Source of the DNA: Nematocida ausubeli
Lineage: Eukaryota
Length of the DNA stretch: 64,000 nt
Assembly: GCF_000738915.1 (NCBI RefSeq)
Contig: NW_026515634.1
Location: forward strand, 599,156 to 663,155
Direction of reading: 5' to 3'
Position numbers and translations under genes: made by a program. Below the pieces are notes generated by a model that searched no databases, was not told the DNA's origin, and worked only from the letters and a program-made list of their open reading frames with translations. Shown here in pieces: positions 22,141 through 33,154 of this stretch (its first letter is position 1; every line of letters begins with the position of its first letter).

Positions 22141-23553
22141 ATGCATTCAGTTAATGAAGCAAGTTCTGTTGAAGTCAGCGACAATTTTGTCTTTGTCATG
22201 GATGCCGAGCATGCTGAGATATACAGCCTAGAAACCCGAAAAAAGAAAACAGTCATTCCGGTTGATTTTGATCAGCTAAAAACAATTAACGGAAAAGTGT
22301 ACACCATCCGGGGCACAGAAATATTTGAGGAGATAGATATAGAAGGCCCAAACCGAAAAACAGCCAAGATAGGAGATGTGAAAAAAGGCCACGCAGGCAT
22401 ACATATCTCTGATGACTACATATTTGTCTATTCTATTGACTCAAGCGCAGGCCGTCTTGAGGTGGAAATGGCGCCAGTAGCCAACGCAGAGAGCACGCAC
22501 AAATCAAAGAGCAAATCCGTTGGAATAGATATAGGAGAAGCCCGCCATCTTATGTGGAGAGACAATGAAGTGTACTATATAACCAAGGGTGTTCTTTATG
22601 GGTATAGTCCTCTGCAGAGCGAGCCATACGAGATAACGCAATTCACATACACAGAGGTCACGTGCCTAGAGAAAACTGATAACTATTTTGTGGTTGGCAC
22701 GCCTAACCTTCTCCTAATCCACAATATTAAGAGCAAAATACTCTGCAAGGTTGCATGGCACTCAGCGCCTGTCCGGCAGATACAAAAACTGCATGGTGAT
22801 CTAATTGTATCGCAGAATCAGAGCGGAAGTATTCTTCTAACAGACTGCAGATCACATCAGAACACGTTCATTAGCACAGACTATTCTGTATCAAGAGAGA
22901 TACTTGATGCACGCCCCTCTGAGAAAAGATCCTTTTCAGTCTCGCAGAATGGATACATCGTAATTAGAACAGAAACAGAGGCCAGAATTATACACATCCC
23001 CTCCAAAACATCTGAGTACATTTACTTCTTGAAAAAGGCCACAAAGCAGATAGTGGCCCATGAACTACCATGCAAAAATGAAGAGTTTGTGCCCACCTTT
23101 AATGAGAGATCTGAAAAACAATTCACTCACATATTGAACAGTAACAACCTCTTCATGCCTGAATCAGATATATATCACTTAGACAACAAAATCATTTTCA
23201 TCCACAAGGACAGCGTATACCGTGTGATAGAAGAGCTTGTTGGAATTGATGAGGTTTTCTACTCAAATGGCTATGTGCTTGTCTTCCTTGTAGAAGCACA
23301 GGAGAAGGCTGTTATGTCTGAAAAGGCCTTTGAAAAAGTAACAGGAGAGAAAATAGCCCGTTTATACAAGCTTGGAAAGAACACAATAGAAAGAATGTTC
23401 TCAGGGCATGCAGACTTGGAGGGAATGAAAATAGTGGACATGGAGGTAGACACAAGTGTAGTGCTTCGTTTGCAAGAGGTAAACAGCAGCCATACAGTAA
23501 CCAGGGAGTACGAAATAAAGGACCTGGGCTTTTATCTCGAATATAATAACTAG
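22141..23553 (+). CDS. Beta-propeller/WD40-like protein (possibly Utp17/WDR75-like)
   Basis: Beta-strand-rich 470 aa; KVAWHSAPV resembles the WH motif of Utp17/WDR75 (tentative). Confidence 0.5.
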   Translation: MHSVNEASSVEVSDNFVFVMDAEHAEIYSLETRKKKTVIPVDFDQLKTINGKVYTIRGTEIFEEIDIEGPNRKTAKIGDVKKGHAGIHISDDYIFVYSIDSSAGRLEVEMAPVANAESTHKSKSKSVGIDIGEARHLMWRDNEVYYITKGVLYGYSPLQSEPYEITQFTYTEVTCLEKTDNYFVVGTPNLLLIHNIKSKILCKVAWHSAPVRQIQKLHGDLIVSQNQSGSILLTDCRSHQNTFISTDYSVSREILDARPSEKRSFSVSQNGYIVIRTETEARIIHIPSKTSEYIYFLKKATKQIVAHELPCKNEEFVPTFNERSEKQFTHILNSNNLFMPESDIYHLDNKIIFIHKDSVYRVIEELVGIDEVFYSNGYVLVFLVEAQEKAVMSEKAFEKVTGEKIARLYKLGKNTIERMFSGHADLEGMKIVDMEVDTSVVLRLQEVNSSHTVTREYEIKDLGFYLEYNN

Positions 23554-23975
23554 AAAGAGAACAGTCTATTAGAAATACAGCAGAGACAGATTTACGCCTG
23601 CATGGCAGACTGTAACAGTGCTCTATGATCCACAGTACACCACTCCATAACACACTAGTCCACGTTTTTATATCACAGTATTATGCCATGCATATGCTGG
23701 CACCCGTCATAAATCCTTTACTATGCATCTTTTACTCACAGAAGTTTCCTGTCACAGAGTGATTTCAGGTTTATAAATATGCTTAAAACGTTTAATAAAT
23801 ATTCAAGTTTCGTATGATTATAAGTGCCTATTAAGGATATACATTGAATATACATGCATTGGCATGCATTTCTTCTTTCTGAAATTTTCTTGTTTTTCTG
23901 CCTGCCAGAGCACTGCAAGGGGTATGTGAATGGTGCGAGCCAATTTATTGCAGAGTGTAAAAATAATTTATAATT

Positions 23976-24401
23976 ATGGAATGCGGATGGGGGAACTGTT
24001 CCGAGGTATTCCAGGACCAGAAGGACTATGCTGCACATGTAAATAAGCACATACGGGAGACGGATGTGCGCACCTGTGAGTGGAAGGGATGCACAAAACT
24101 ATTTGAGAAGAAGATAAGTAAGTGCACTCTTCTCACGCACATAAGAACGCACACCCGGGAGAAGCCCTTCAAGTGCGCCCTATGCACAAAGGAGTATAGC
24201 AGGTCAGATGCACTGAGCAAGCACATGAAATCACATGAGCAGATGGCAGCAGACGAGAATATTTTTATGAAGAAAATACTCTACCTCAATCAGATACACC
24301 AGGAGATAGAGCTTCGTATAATAGGTATAAGAGAGGAATATAATAGACTCATAGTAGAAAATGATGTGTTGCTTAAGCATATTTGCAGCGCAAGGCGGTA
24401 A
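23976..24401 (+). CDS. C2H2 zinc-finger transcription factor with C-terminal coiled coil
   Basis: CGWGNC..H..KH, CEWKGC..HIRTH, linker TREKPF, CALC..SRSDALSKHMKSH (tandem CWxxC-type fingers). Confidence 0.9.
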   Translation: MECGWGNCSEVFQDQKDYAAHVNKHIRETDVRTCEWKGCTKLFEKKISKCTLLTHIRTHTREKPFKCALCTKEYSRSDALSKHMKSHEQMAADENIFMKKILYLNQIHQEIELRIIGIREEYNRLIVENDVLLKHICSARR

Positions 24402-25501
24402 AAATAAAGAACAAAGAAAGTGTTATGTTTATATAGGTCAAAAGGCACAGAATCTAGTACAGGAAGGGCTTCGAGTGTCTATTTATTGTTTTTGCCTTGG
24501 AAAGGTGTTTTTATTCAGAAACACGAATAACCCAATATAACCCGAATATACTCACTGATAAATCTATAAATATTGCATGTATAGGATATTGTATGCTAGA
24601 GCATATTTGAATTAAATACTAAAAATGCATCTGTCAACACATGCAGGATTGAAGTATGTGGTAACTTGTTTGCATGAAAAGAAGAATAATAAATATTGTA
24701 TATGTTCTAGTAGATATACTTTATAGTCTTAACTTTCATAACTACTCCATGTAATGGTGTGCCTGGTTATTCTTTTGTATGCACCATACGTGTGAGATTC
24801 TTCAGATTACATAAAGAAAATTGCATATATAATGCATGCAATAGCGTATATACTGTACTCTATGCTGAATCATTGTCAAAATGCCTTTTTGTATTGATTA
24901 GTGGCCTTCTGTGAATTTAATGGAAAACCACAGAGTCTTCATTTTATGCACAGAAATTATTAAAAGCTGAAGAGTATTATAAAATTTAAACAAAATCGCA
25001 TAAATACAGCCAGAATTTAATCGATTTAATTTTAGAATATACATCTAGTAATAAATAAATTGTTCAAATACACCTTGTAAATACATATGGTCTATTAAGA
25101 TTATTGTAAATTGCAGTGTTCTATGGCCTACGCATGGCGAGTAGACAACAGTAATCAATGAGAAAGAGATTTGGTTAAGAAAACCTTATTAATCTTTAGT
25201 TTTTGTGGTTGTCTAGTTGGTCAATATATATATATATGTAGTGTTATTCAGCTGATCTAAACCAATAAGATAACTGTGCCAATTGACCCTTTCAAATTAA
25301 GCCCAATCACACATATCCTGTATACGATAATACAAAGAAACCAATAATAGAAAATACACTAGTCATTAGACTATGCATACAACACTAGAGAAGCCAAAAT
25401 ACTTCGTATATCTTCCACATGAAAATATTTTGATGTTTGCCATAGTTATAGTCTTTTCCATAAAGCATGTTCTCTTATATGCAGTGACGATAAAATATTT
25501 T

Positions 25502-27304
25502 ATGGTAATTAGTCTACTTCCTAGGGAAGTCATTGAAAGAATCGCAGCAGGCGAGGTAGTGACATCTCCTACTGCACTGCTCAAAGAAGTACTGGAGAAT
25601 AGCTTGGACAGCTCGGCAACGCACATCCGGGTTATTCTAACAGACAAGCTTCTAGACTGCATAGTTATAGAAGATAACGGAAGTGGAATAGCCAAAGAAG
25701 ACCTGGCTCTTCTATGCACACGGCATGCAACAAGTAAGCTTTCACAGCACAGTGACCTGGAGAAAATAAATACACTTGGGTTTAGAGGAGAGGCACTTGC
25801 CTCCATCTCATTGCTGTCAAATGTATCTGTCAGAACCTCCACGCATGGTGCAACAGGATACGAAGCCATATACAGAAATGAAGAAGTTGTGCAGCAGAAA
25901 GAGATAGCATGCAACAAAGGAACAAGGCTAAAAATAAACAATCTATTCTACAATGCAGCAGAGAAGTACAAGCAATTTATAAATAGCAAGCCAGAGATTG
26001 CGAAAATAGTAAACCTTATTACAAAGTATGCAATTGCATACACAGAAGTATCCTTTGAAATAGTAAGGTCTGCAGAGATCAAGAGATACAACACAGGGAA
26101 CAGAACAAAGATAAGTTTGCTATCAGAGATATTTACACAGAAACTAGCAAATGAGCTGGTTTTCATCCCATTTACAATGCATCTCAGTGAAAGGCCAGAA
26201 AGCATTCAGTGCACACTGCATGTATCGCACTCAAATCTCTCACTGTCTTCTCCTGTCTTCATTATGTTCATTAATAGAAGGCTGGTGGAAATACAGAAAA
26301 TAAAGAAAAGAATCTACGCCATATACAAAGAGATCCTTGTTAAAGGGCACCCATTCATTCTGCTAGAGATAGAGCTGCCGCAAGACATGATAGATGTAAA
26401 TGTGCACCCATCAAAGGTTGAAGTGTACCTGAGAAAGGAAGAAGAAATTATAGAAGAACTTGAGAAAAGAATAAGAGAGGCACTGCAGACAAAAAAGATG
26501 ACAGGAGCAACAAAAATCTCCTATTCTCAGATGAGCCCACGGGAAAAAGAAGTAAAGGCCCCACTTCAGACGAAATACACTAAAGACAAAGAAATTGCTA
26601 TTGCACCCAGCACACCCAGTACTCCAAGCAGCATAAGACACCTGGAAATGCCAGGTTCTCAGACACCCTCCAGAAATACCACCCCAGTTGCAAAAAGAGT
26701 TAGAAGGGACAGCAAAATAAATCCACTCACTCTATTCCTTACACCCGACAGAAGTGCACAGAAACCAGAAATCACAACTGCAGCTGTTGCCAGACAAAGT
26801 ATGCCAATCTTCCCTAGCATAATGAGTACTAGCAGTGCACATAGAAATGTCAATATGCCAAATATGGAAGATATATCTATTAATCATGGATCACCATCTT
26901 CACTATCTGATAGTGAAATTGCCATCTTAAAGGATTCCATTCTTATAGGCATGATATCCCAGCAGTGGGCAGCCATTCAGTACTGCACAGACATATATCT
27001 ACTAAATATAAAATATCTAAAGAGTGCACATACTAGTTCACCCTCACAGCAATCCATTAGAGGCATTGCAAAAATATTCAGAGAAATTGAACAAATACAA
27101 AGAGATATTTCTCTTAGTGAGACAGAAGCAAAGAGAAGTGCAACAGATCTACTAGGTGAAAATATAATACAGCCTGCCTCAGAGGCAGAAATTGAGGCTT
27201 CATCTCCATTTACTCAGAATAGATCCACTCCAAGTTCTGTGAGTAGAAGTGGATTAATTCGATTAACTACTATGAGTGAGCTGTACCAATTATTTGGCAG
27301 ATGA
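25502..27304 (+). CDS. MLH1: DNA mismatch repair protein MLH1 (MutL family)
   Basis: IAAGEVV, KEVLENSLD, DNGSGI, RHATSK, GFRGEALASIS, DVNVHPSK; terminal LYQLFGR resembles MLH1 LYKVFERC. Confidence 0.9.
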   Translation: MVISLLPREVIERIAAGEVVTSPTALLKEVLENSLDSSATHIRVILTDKLLDCIVIEDNGSGIAKEDLALLCTRHATSKLSQHSDLEKINTLGFRGEALASISLLSNVSVRTSTHGATGYEAIYRNEEVVQQKEIACNKGTRLKINNLFYNAAEKYKQFINSKPEIAKIVNLITKYAIAYTEVSFEIVRSAEIKRYNTGNRTKISLLSEIFTQKLANELVFIPFTMHLSERPESIQCTLHVSHSNLSLSSPVFIMFINRRLVEIQKIKKRIYAIYKEILVKGHPFILLEIELPQDMIDVNVHPSKVEVYLRKEEEIIEELEKRIREALQTKKMTGATKISYSQMSPREKEVKAPLQTKYTKDKEIAIAPSTPSTPSSIRHLEMPGSQTPSRNTTPVAKRVRRDSKINPLTLFLTPDRSAQKPEITTAAVARQSMPIFPSIMSTSSAHRNVNMPNMEDISINHGSPSSLSDSEIAILKDSILIGMISQQWAAIQYCTDIYLLNIKYLKSAHTSSPSQQSIRGIAKIFREIEQIQRDISLSETEAKRSATDLLGENIIQPASEAEIEASSPFTQNRSTPSSVSRSGLIRLTTMSELYQLFGR

Positions 27305-27382
27305 GTGCACGAACTGAAGCAACGCGAAATTAACCAATTAGAAAAATTTGTGTATTTATTTCTGAAGTCACTTGGTTTTAAT

Positions 27383-29509
27383 ATGAAGAAAGTATACACA
27401 CATGGAAAGCAATTGAGAGAGAATTATGGCACTGAATACAGAAGGAGTATTGAAAATAAAGAGGAGTTCTTTGGGGAGCAAGCAAGGATTCTTCTAAACT
27501 TTTCAAAAGACTTCTCCAAGACATATACAGTGGACAGTGCCTCCTCTCGTATTAAGTGGTTTGAGGATGGTGAAATAAATGCGTGCTACAATGCAGTGGA
27601 CAGGCACGCCATCAGCACACCAAACAAAACAGCAATTGTATACGAAGATGACTCTGAGCGAGTGACTGAGATGTCATATCAGGAACTCTTGCAGGAGGTG
27701 CTGATTTTCAGCAAATATCTCCAGTCCAAAGACGTGAAGAAAGGAGATACAGTGTGCATCTACATGCCCATGGAGCCAAAGGCACTTATTGCATCGCTGG
27801 CTTGTGCGCGTCTAGGTGTCTCGCACACTGTGGTCTTTGGAGGGTTCAGTGCAGAGAGTCTTGCACTCCGAATGGAAGACTCAGATGCAGTCTGGCTCAT
27901 CACGTCTGATCACACCTTCAGAGGAGGAAAGAGAATTGATTACCTCGGAAATGTAGCCAGTGCACTGGAGATACTTCAGTCTGGGGAGTCTTCATCTTGT
28001 CTAAGAGGCATGCTCATCTGCAACAAAGAGAGCATTCCCAGCGAGGTGCTTTCAAAGACAAAGGGCCATTTAGAAATAATTGATTTATTGTCTGATCTTC
28101 CAAAGGAGACTCTGTCAATTGAAGATGTCCCTTGCGTCTCAGTTCCATCCGAGCACACGCTGTTCCATCTTTATACAAGCGGTAGCACAGGGCGGCCAAA
28201 GGGACTGTCTCACAGCACAGCAGGGTACCTTCTGTATGCAGCCCTTACAACTTTAATTTGCTTCGACATAAAAGAGGACGACAGATTCTTCTGTACAGCA
28301 GAACTTGGGTGGATCACAGGACACTCGTATGTTATGTACGGGCCACTTACGCTTGGAATCACAACAGTTGTCTTTGGGGGCGTGCCCACATTCCCAGATC
28401 CACTGAGATTGTTCCGGTCAGTGGAGCGCATGCAGGCTACGCACCTGTACACTGCACCCACTGTGATTAGGCTCCTTCAAAAGTCACTGCCCACGTGCTT
28501 AGTGCGCCCATATGACATAAATGAGTCACAGGATAACTTAACACCTGCAGTCGACCATGTCCCAAATTCACCAATCAGCAGCCGATCAATATTCACGCAC
28601 GGTGTAACAGACACATTCGACAGAAGTAGGTACTACAAGGAATATAATGCATCTGAGGTTGCACTGGACAAAATAGACCTGTCTTCACTGAGGGTGCTTG
28701 GATCTGTTGGGGAGCCAATTAACAAGGGAGCGTACGTTTGGTTTTCAATGTACTTTGGAAATGGAGTGCTCCCAGTGATTGACACATACTGGCAGACTGA
28801 GGCAGGGGGTGTTATGCTGTGCCCTCTCATCAGTGTCACAGAGTACAAACCAGAAAGTGCTTCATTCCCCTTCTTTGGCATGCAGCCTGTTGTTATGAAA
28901 AAGACCACAGAAGTAGAAGACCCATCAAGCCACAAAGTTGAAGAGGTTGTTGGGCAGACAGGAATCCTTCTTTTTAAGGACTTCTGGCCGGGTATTGCAA
29001 GAACCATTGTGAAGAATCATGAGAGATACTGTAGTGCATATCTTCAGTATCCTGGGTACTTCTACACCGGGGATGAGGTGCTGAAGGACGGAAATGGGTA
29101 CTACTGGATCAGAGGCAGAATTGATGACGTGATCAACGTAGCAGGTCATAGACTCAGTACTGCTGAGATTGAGAGTGCTGTGTGCTCGGTTCAAGGTGTT
29201 GCAGAGGCAGCTGCACTTGGAGAAGAGGATGAAGTGACAGGGCAGGGTGTGACCATCTTCATAGTCAAATCCTCTGATGTACCAGAAGCAGAGCTATTTG
29301 CGCAGATAAAGGCAGTGCTAAGAAAAAGAATTGGGTCCGTTGTAAATCCAAAGAGACTCCTTTCTTGTCCAGAGCTCCCAAAGACCAGCACAGGAAAGAT
29401 GATGCGCCGGGTACTAAGGAAGATCCTGGAGGGGCAGGAAGTTGGGGATGTCAGCACATGCATTAATCCAGACTCAATTACATTTGCAAAAGCCAGTATT
29501 GCTAAATAA
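27383..29509 (+). CDS. ACS: Acetyl-CoA synthetase (AMP-forming)
   Basis: YTSGSTGRPKG, GWITGHSY, GSVGEPIN, DTYWQTE, GRIDDVINVAGHRL, PKTSTGKMMRR; ATG 27383. Confidence 0.95.
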   Translation: MKKVYTHGKQLRENYGTEYRRSIENKEEFFGEQARILLNFSKDFSKTYTVDSASSRIKWFEDGEINACYNAVDRHAISTPNKTAIVYEDDSERVTEMSYQELLQEVLIFSKYLQSKDVKKGDTVCIYMPMEPKALIASLACARLGVSHTVVFGGFSAESLALRMEDSDAVWLITSDHTFRGGKRIDYLGNVASALEILQSGESSSCLRGMLICNKESIPSEVLSKTKGHLEIIDLLSDLPKETLSIEDVPCVSVPSEHTLFHLYTSGSTGRPKGLSHSTAGYLLYAALTTLICFDIKEDDRFFCTAELGWITGHSYVMYGPLTLGITTVVFGGVPTFPDPLRLFRSVERMQATHLYTAPTVIRLLQKSLPTCLVRPYDINESQDNLTPAVDHVPNSPISSRSIFTHGVTDTFDRSRYYKEYNASEVALDKIDLSSLRVLGSVGEPINKGAYVWFSMYFGNGVLPVIDTYWQTEAGGVMLCPLISVTEYKPESASFPFFGMQPVVMKKTTEVEDPSSHKVEEVVGQTGILLFKDFWPGIARTIVKNHERYCSAYLQYPGYFYTGDEVLKDGNGYYWIRGRIDDVINVAGHRLSTAEIESAVCSVQGVAEAAALGEEDEVTGQGVTIFIVKSSDVPEAELFAQIKAVLRKRIGSVVNPKRLLSCPELPKTSTGKMMRRVLRKILEGQEVGDVSTCINPDSITFAKASIAK

Positions 29510-30589
29510 ATCATTTATGTTTCACTTATTCTTATGTTCTATAATGACTGAGTCTGGGATACTCCCTGGACTATGAGTATTTATAAGAAAGAATAAACTG
29601 CATATATTTCTGGCTTATGATGGGAAAGAGTGAAGTATAGTGGGCTGCAGGAAGGGATACTAGATATAGAATGGGCAATATACATAGAAATGCCATTTAT
29701 ATTTTCTAATGTGGAAATATATGCAGGATACATCTGCTTATACCACAGATACAAAAAGAGCATTCTATACTGGTCTTTTCTTGGTTAAATTTTACTTTTC
29801 TTTGAAAGCGAGTATGAAGTGCACTTGAAATAATATTATAGTATTTAATCTATTTGACAAGAATTTAGTACTCTTATCAGTTTGATTCCATATAAACATA
29901 TAAATAGATATCCAATTGTCACGAGCAGAAGCATATTCATTCAAGAAAATATGGAGCATACAAATACTTTGTCATTTTATGCACACCTTCTGGATTTAAT
30001 AAAGGCATGACGCCCCTCCGTCTCATCTTCTGCTCTAAGTTTGAGTAGACCTTGCCACAGTAACTCTTATATTTATTTCTTAGTTTTGAATTAAGCTAAT
30101 TTCTCCTGTAGACTCAGAAAAGATTATTTCTAGGAGAATTCTTTCTTGTAAAAGTGCTTACTGCCTGGAGCATTTCAAATTATTTCCAAAATGCACTTTC
30201 TTTCAAATTGCATCTATCTGAGCATGTTATGCACGTGCTCAATGAATGTATACGTTTAGTGTGGCTTAGTGTGATAGAGAAAACAGAAATAATTTCGAGC
30301 AGACTCAAAACAGGCGCACAAAAGAGACACACATAAGGGGATTAAATTAAATTAGAGCACACTAGAAAGTGTGCATTTTCTATTTACTGTATTCTATAAT
30401 ACTGCATATTTTGGGTTTTATAATATGAATATATTACGTGCAGATGCCTTCAAGCCAGAAGCAAATATCACTACTATTATACACTAATAATATTATTAGT
30501 GCAGTTTATGCATTATATTTTGCAAGATAGACAATTTAGGAAGGATCTGTGCTTGCTTATGCTTGCATTGGTTTTTTATTTTTATTTCA

Positions 30590-30976
30590 ATGGAAGCCCG
30601 TCTGAGTACGTATAAATCGGGCCATGGCCTAGAGGAATTATTCAGTAATAATTTGGAGCAATTCTGGCACACAGATGGTAATCTGCCACACTACATAGAA
30701 CTAGACTTCAATGAAATAAAGAGATTAGTAAGCATACGGATGAACATAGGACATACGCAAGATAAGAGTTATATTCCAAAGGACATAGAAATACGGTACG
30801 GAAAAACAAGAGAAATGGCAGAGGGCACAAAAAATGTTGCAATTACAGACAAAATGCCGGTTGTAAATATCGCAATCGATGAATATTGCTGCTACGTCCA
30901 GATTATCATCACAAGCAACCACCAAGAAGGCAGGGACTCAAGAATTCGAGGTCTTTCGCTTGCCTTCCTTGACTGA
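30590..30976 (+). CDS. APC10: Anaphase-promoting complex subunit 10 (Doc1)
   Basis: LSTYKSGHG, FWHTDGNLPH, DKSYIP, NHQEGRDSRIRG. Confidence 0.9.
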   Translation: MEARLSTYKSGHGLEELFSNNLEQFWHTDGNLPHYIELDFNEIKRLVSIRMNIGHTQDKSYIPKDIEIRYGKTREMAEGTKNVAITDKMPVVNIAIDEYCCYVQIIITSNHQEGRDSRIRGLSLAFLD

Positions 30977-31276
30977 ATGTGCATGCAGGCCTAGCCAATA
31001 CAGCAGTGATTTTCTTGCAGACTGAAGCACTTCACTGCTTGTAGCACTTAAAGTGCATGACCACAAGATAGAATAATTAGCAGAAGATGCAGCCCACACT
31101 TAGAATTCCTTCTTGCCTAAGAGCCTAATAGAAGAATATATTCAGTGTATTCCCATGTGCCAGTATATAATATACTTATGTACTACAGAAATAAATACAA
31201 AACTCACATTAATTTAAAGGAAACCAAGCCATGGTGGCTTGATTTATTCATTACGCCTTAAGTCCATAATATCTAG

Positions 31277-31582
31277 TTACCAATCTGCAAACGGAGAGTC
31301 AGCTGGCACGGTGTATGGCTGTTCGCACGGTATGGGGGAAATATGTTGCGGATGCTTTTCCTGGAATCTATTTAGAAAAAGCGGACCATGCACCTTCACA
31401 GAGCCATTTTCTGTCTTTCTGTATAAAGAGTCTCCTCCCAGGAAAAACCAGTTGGAGTAGTGCCGGATGAATCTCTTCTTTCTGGTGGACAGTGCGCACC
31501 AGCTTCCTTTTTTCCCTCTGTATTTCAGATATTTCTTCATTAAGCCAATATCTTCCTCAGTTATCTCCACTGCTTTCCACAT
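31277..31582 (-). CDS. Hypothetical protein
   Basis: 101-aa ATG-initiated ORF just downstream of the GRAM-like gene. Confidence 0.6.
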   Translation of the reverse strand: MWKAVEITEEDIGLMKKYLKYRGKKGSWCALSTRKKRFIRHYSNWFFLGGDSLYRKTENGSVKVHGPLFLNRFQEKHPQHISPIPCEQPYTVPADSPFADW

Positions 31583-31611
31583 AATGTAGATAAAAATAGA
31601 ATATTTTCATT

Positions 31612-32034
31612 TTATTCAATACGGGAAAGATATGCCTGAGAAACCTTTATTTGCTGTACCAAGGTGTCAGGCAGGTTGTCCCGCATCTTTAAGCTTATTT
31701 TGCTTGCTACATTCCCAAAAAGAGAGACCTCCAGGCAGACCTTCTTGGAGCCTTTCATGGATACATTCATAATACCAGTTGTCATGCAGAAGAAAGAGCA
31801 AAAAAGAGTCGTAGGCATTTTGGGAAGGTAGATCAGCCTGCAGTTTGTTACAAACAGGGAACCATGGTTTGACTTGTGCCTATACGTATTGAACAGGCCG
31901 CCCTCCCCAACCACAATGGAATAGCCTACGTCTTCCGCTGCGTACAAGAGCACCTCATGGTCGTCAAGAGGAAGTGGCGTGCCTGCCTTGGTGAACAGGC
32001 AGGTGTTAAAGTTCCTGTAGGTATCCCGCAGCAT
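31612..32034 (-). CDS. GRAM/PH-like domain protein (WBP2-like)
   Basis: GSLFVTNCRLIY matches the GRAM GxLxxTNxRL signature; N-terminal GTPLPLDDHEVL. Confidence 0.6.
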   Translation of the reverse strand: MLRDTYRNFNTCLFTKAGTPLPLDDHEVLLYAAEDVGYSIVVGEGGLFNTYRHKSNHGSLFVTNCRLIYLPKMPTTLFCSFFCMTTGIMNVSMKGSKKVCLEVSLFGNVASKISLKMRDNLPDTLVQQIKVSQAYLSRIE

Positions 32035-33154
32035 AAAATATTTTCATGAAAACAGTCTCTTTTTATTATTTTTTTGCATAAATACGCACGCGAAAATATT
32101 TTTCAGTAAGGCAATATTTTACAGAATCATTTGTATAGTATGTATGCTAACTGAGTTACTACAAAACGGTGCTCACTCGATACTGGAATGACGAAGAACA
32201 ACTTCAATTCTTTAATTTGAAGGCAAGAAATACTCTGAAGTATGCTCTAGTATGCTTCTGTTTCTTTTGATGAATTGAATATATCCTCCAGATTCTCTGT
32301 TGAGGTAGAATTGAAGTATTCTGACCAGTGTTTTATTTTAATATCTTTATGTGCAGCAGGGGGAGAAAAGGAGGAGAAGTAAGTGTGTAAGTGCTTTTTA
32401 ATGTTTAATGCAGCTAGAGGACTTCCTTTGCTACTTCTTGAAGAAAAAAGAATATTTGCATTTTTATTGTATTTTAGCTATAGTAGGCTATGGCATAGAA
32501 GTGCTTCTTGGAATATTTGCATGGGTACTTTGCCTTGAGAGAATTTAAGGAAGAGCAGTAGGCTGTGAATCTATGAGTTTATGAAAGTGCTGTAAGATGG
32601 TTTTATATTTAAATAGAGAGGGCTTGTATGAGTGTAGAGGCTTTAGTAGCCTTGTAGGGCGTAGTATTCACTGCTCTTATTTTGGTGAAATTTAGGGCTA
32701 GTGCATCTTTATAAAAGAGTGCATACAAATTAAATGATGGTATTTTGGGTTATTCTGTTATTTAAGCATAGAGTGTTCTGTGTTTCTATTGTACTATAGG
32801 TGATTTCTTATTTTGTGGTTATTTAAATGTGCATGTGGTACTGAGTGGATGTTTCTCTGGGCATATAGCATAATGCAGAGAGTATTAGAAGATGCGTATA
32901 TATTATGCTTACGTAAATATGTGCTCATATGCACATGGGATGGATATATTTGAAGGTTTAAATAGAATATGGTGTGCATAGTGGATAGTAGTTATATAAA
33001 GGAATATATGCTAGGAAGAGTGCTTAACTGCAGCCTCTGCTGTTAAAGAGATTCTTTAGCTAATAACCATGTATATAGAGTTCTTTTCGATTGAGAAAGT
33101 ATGTTGAAGGAGAGAAATTGGTGTGCATGCCATATAAACATAATTGCCTCTGTT

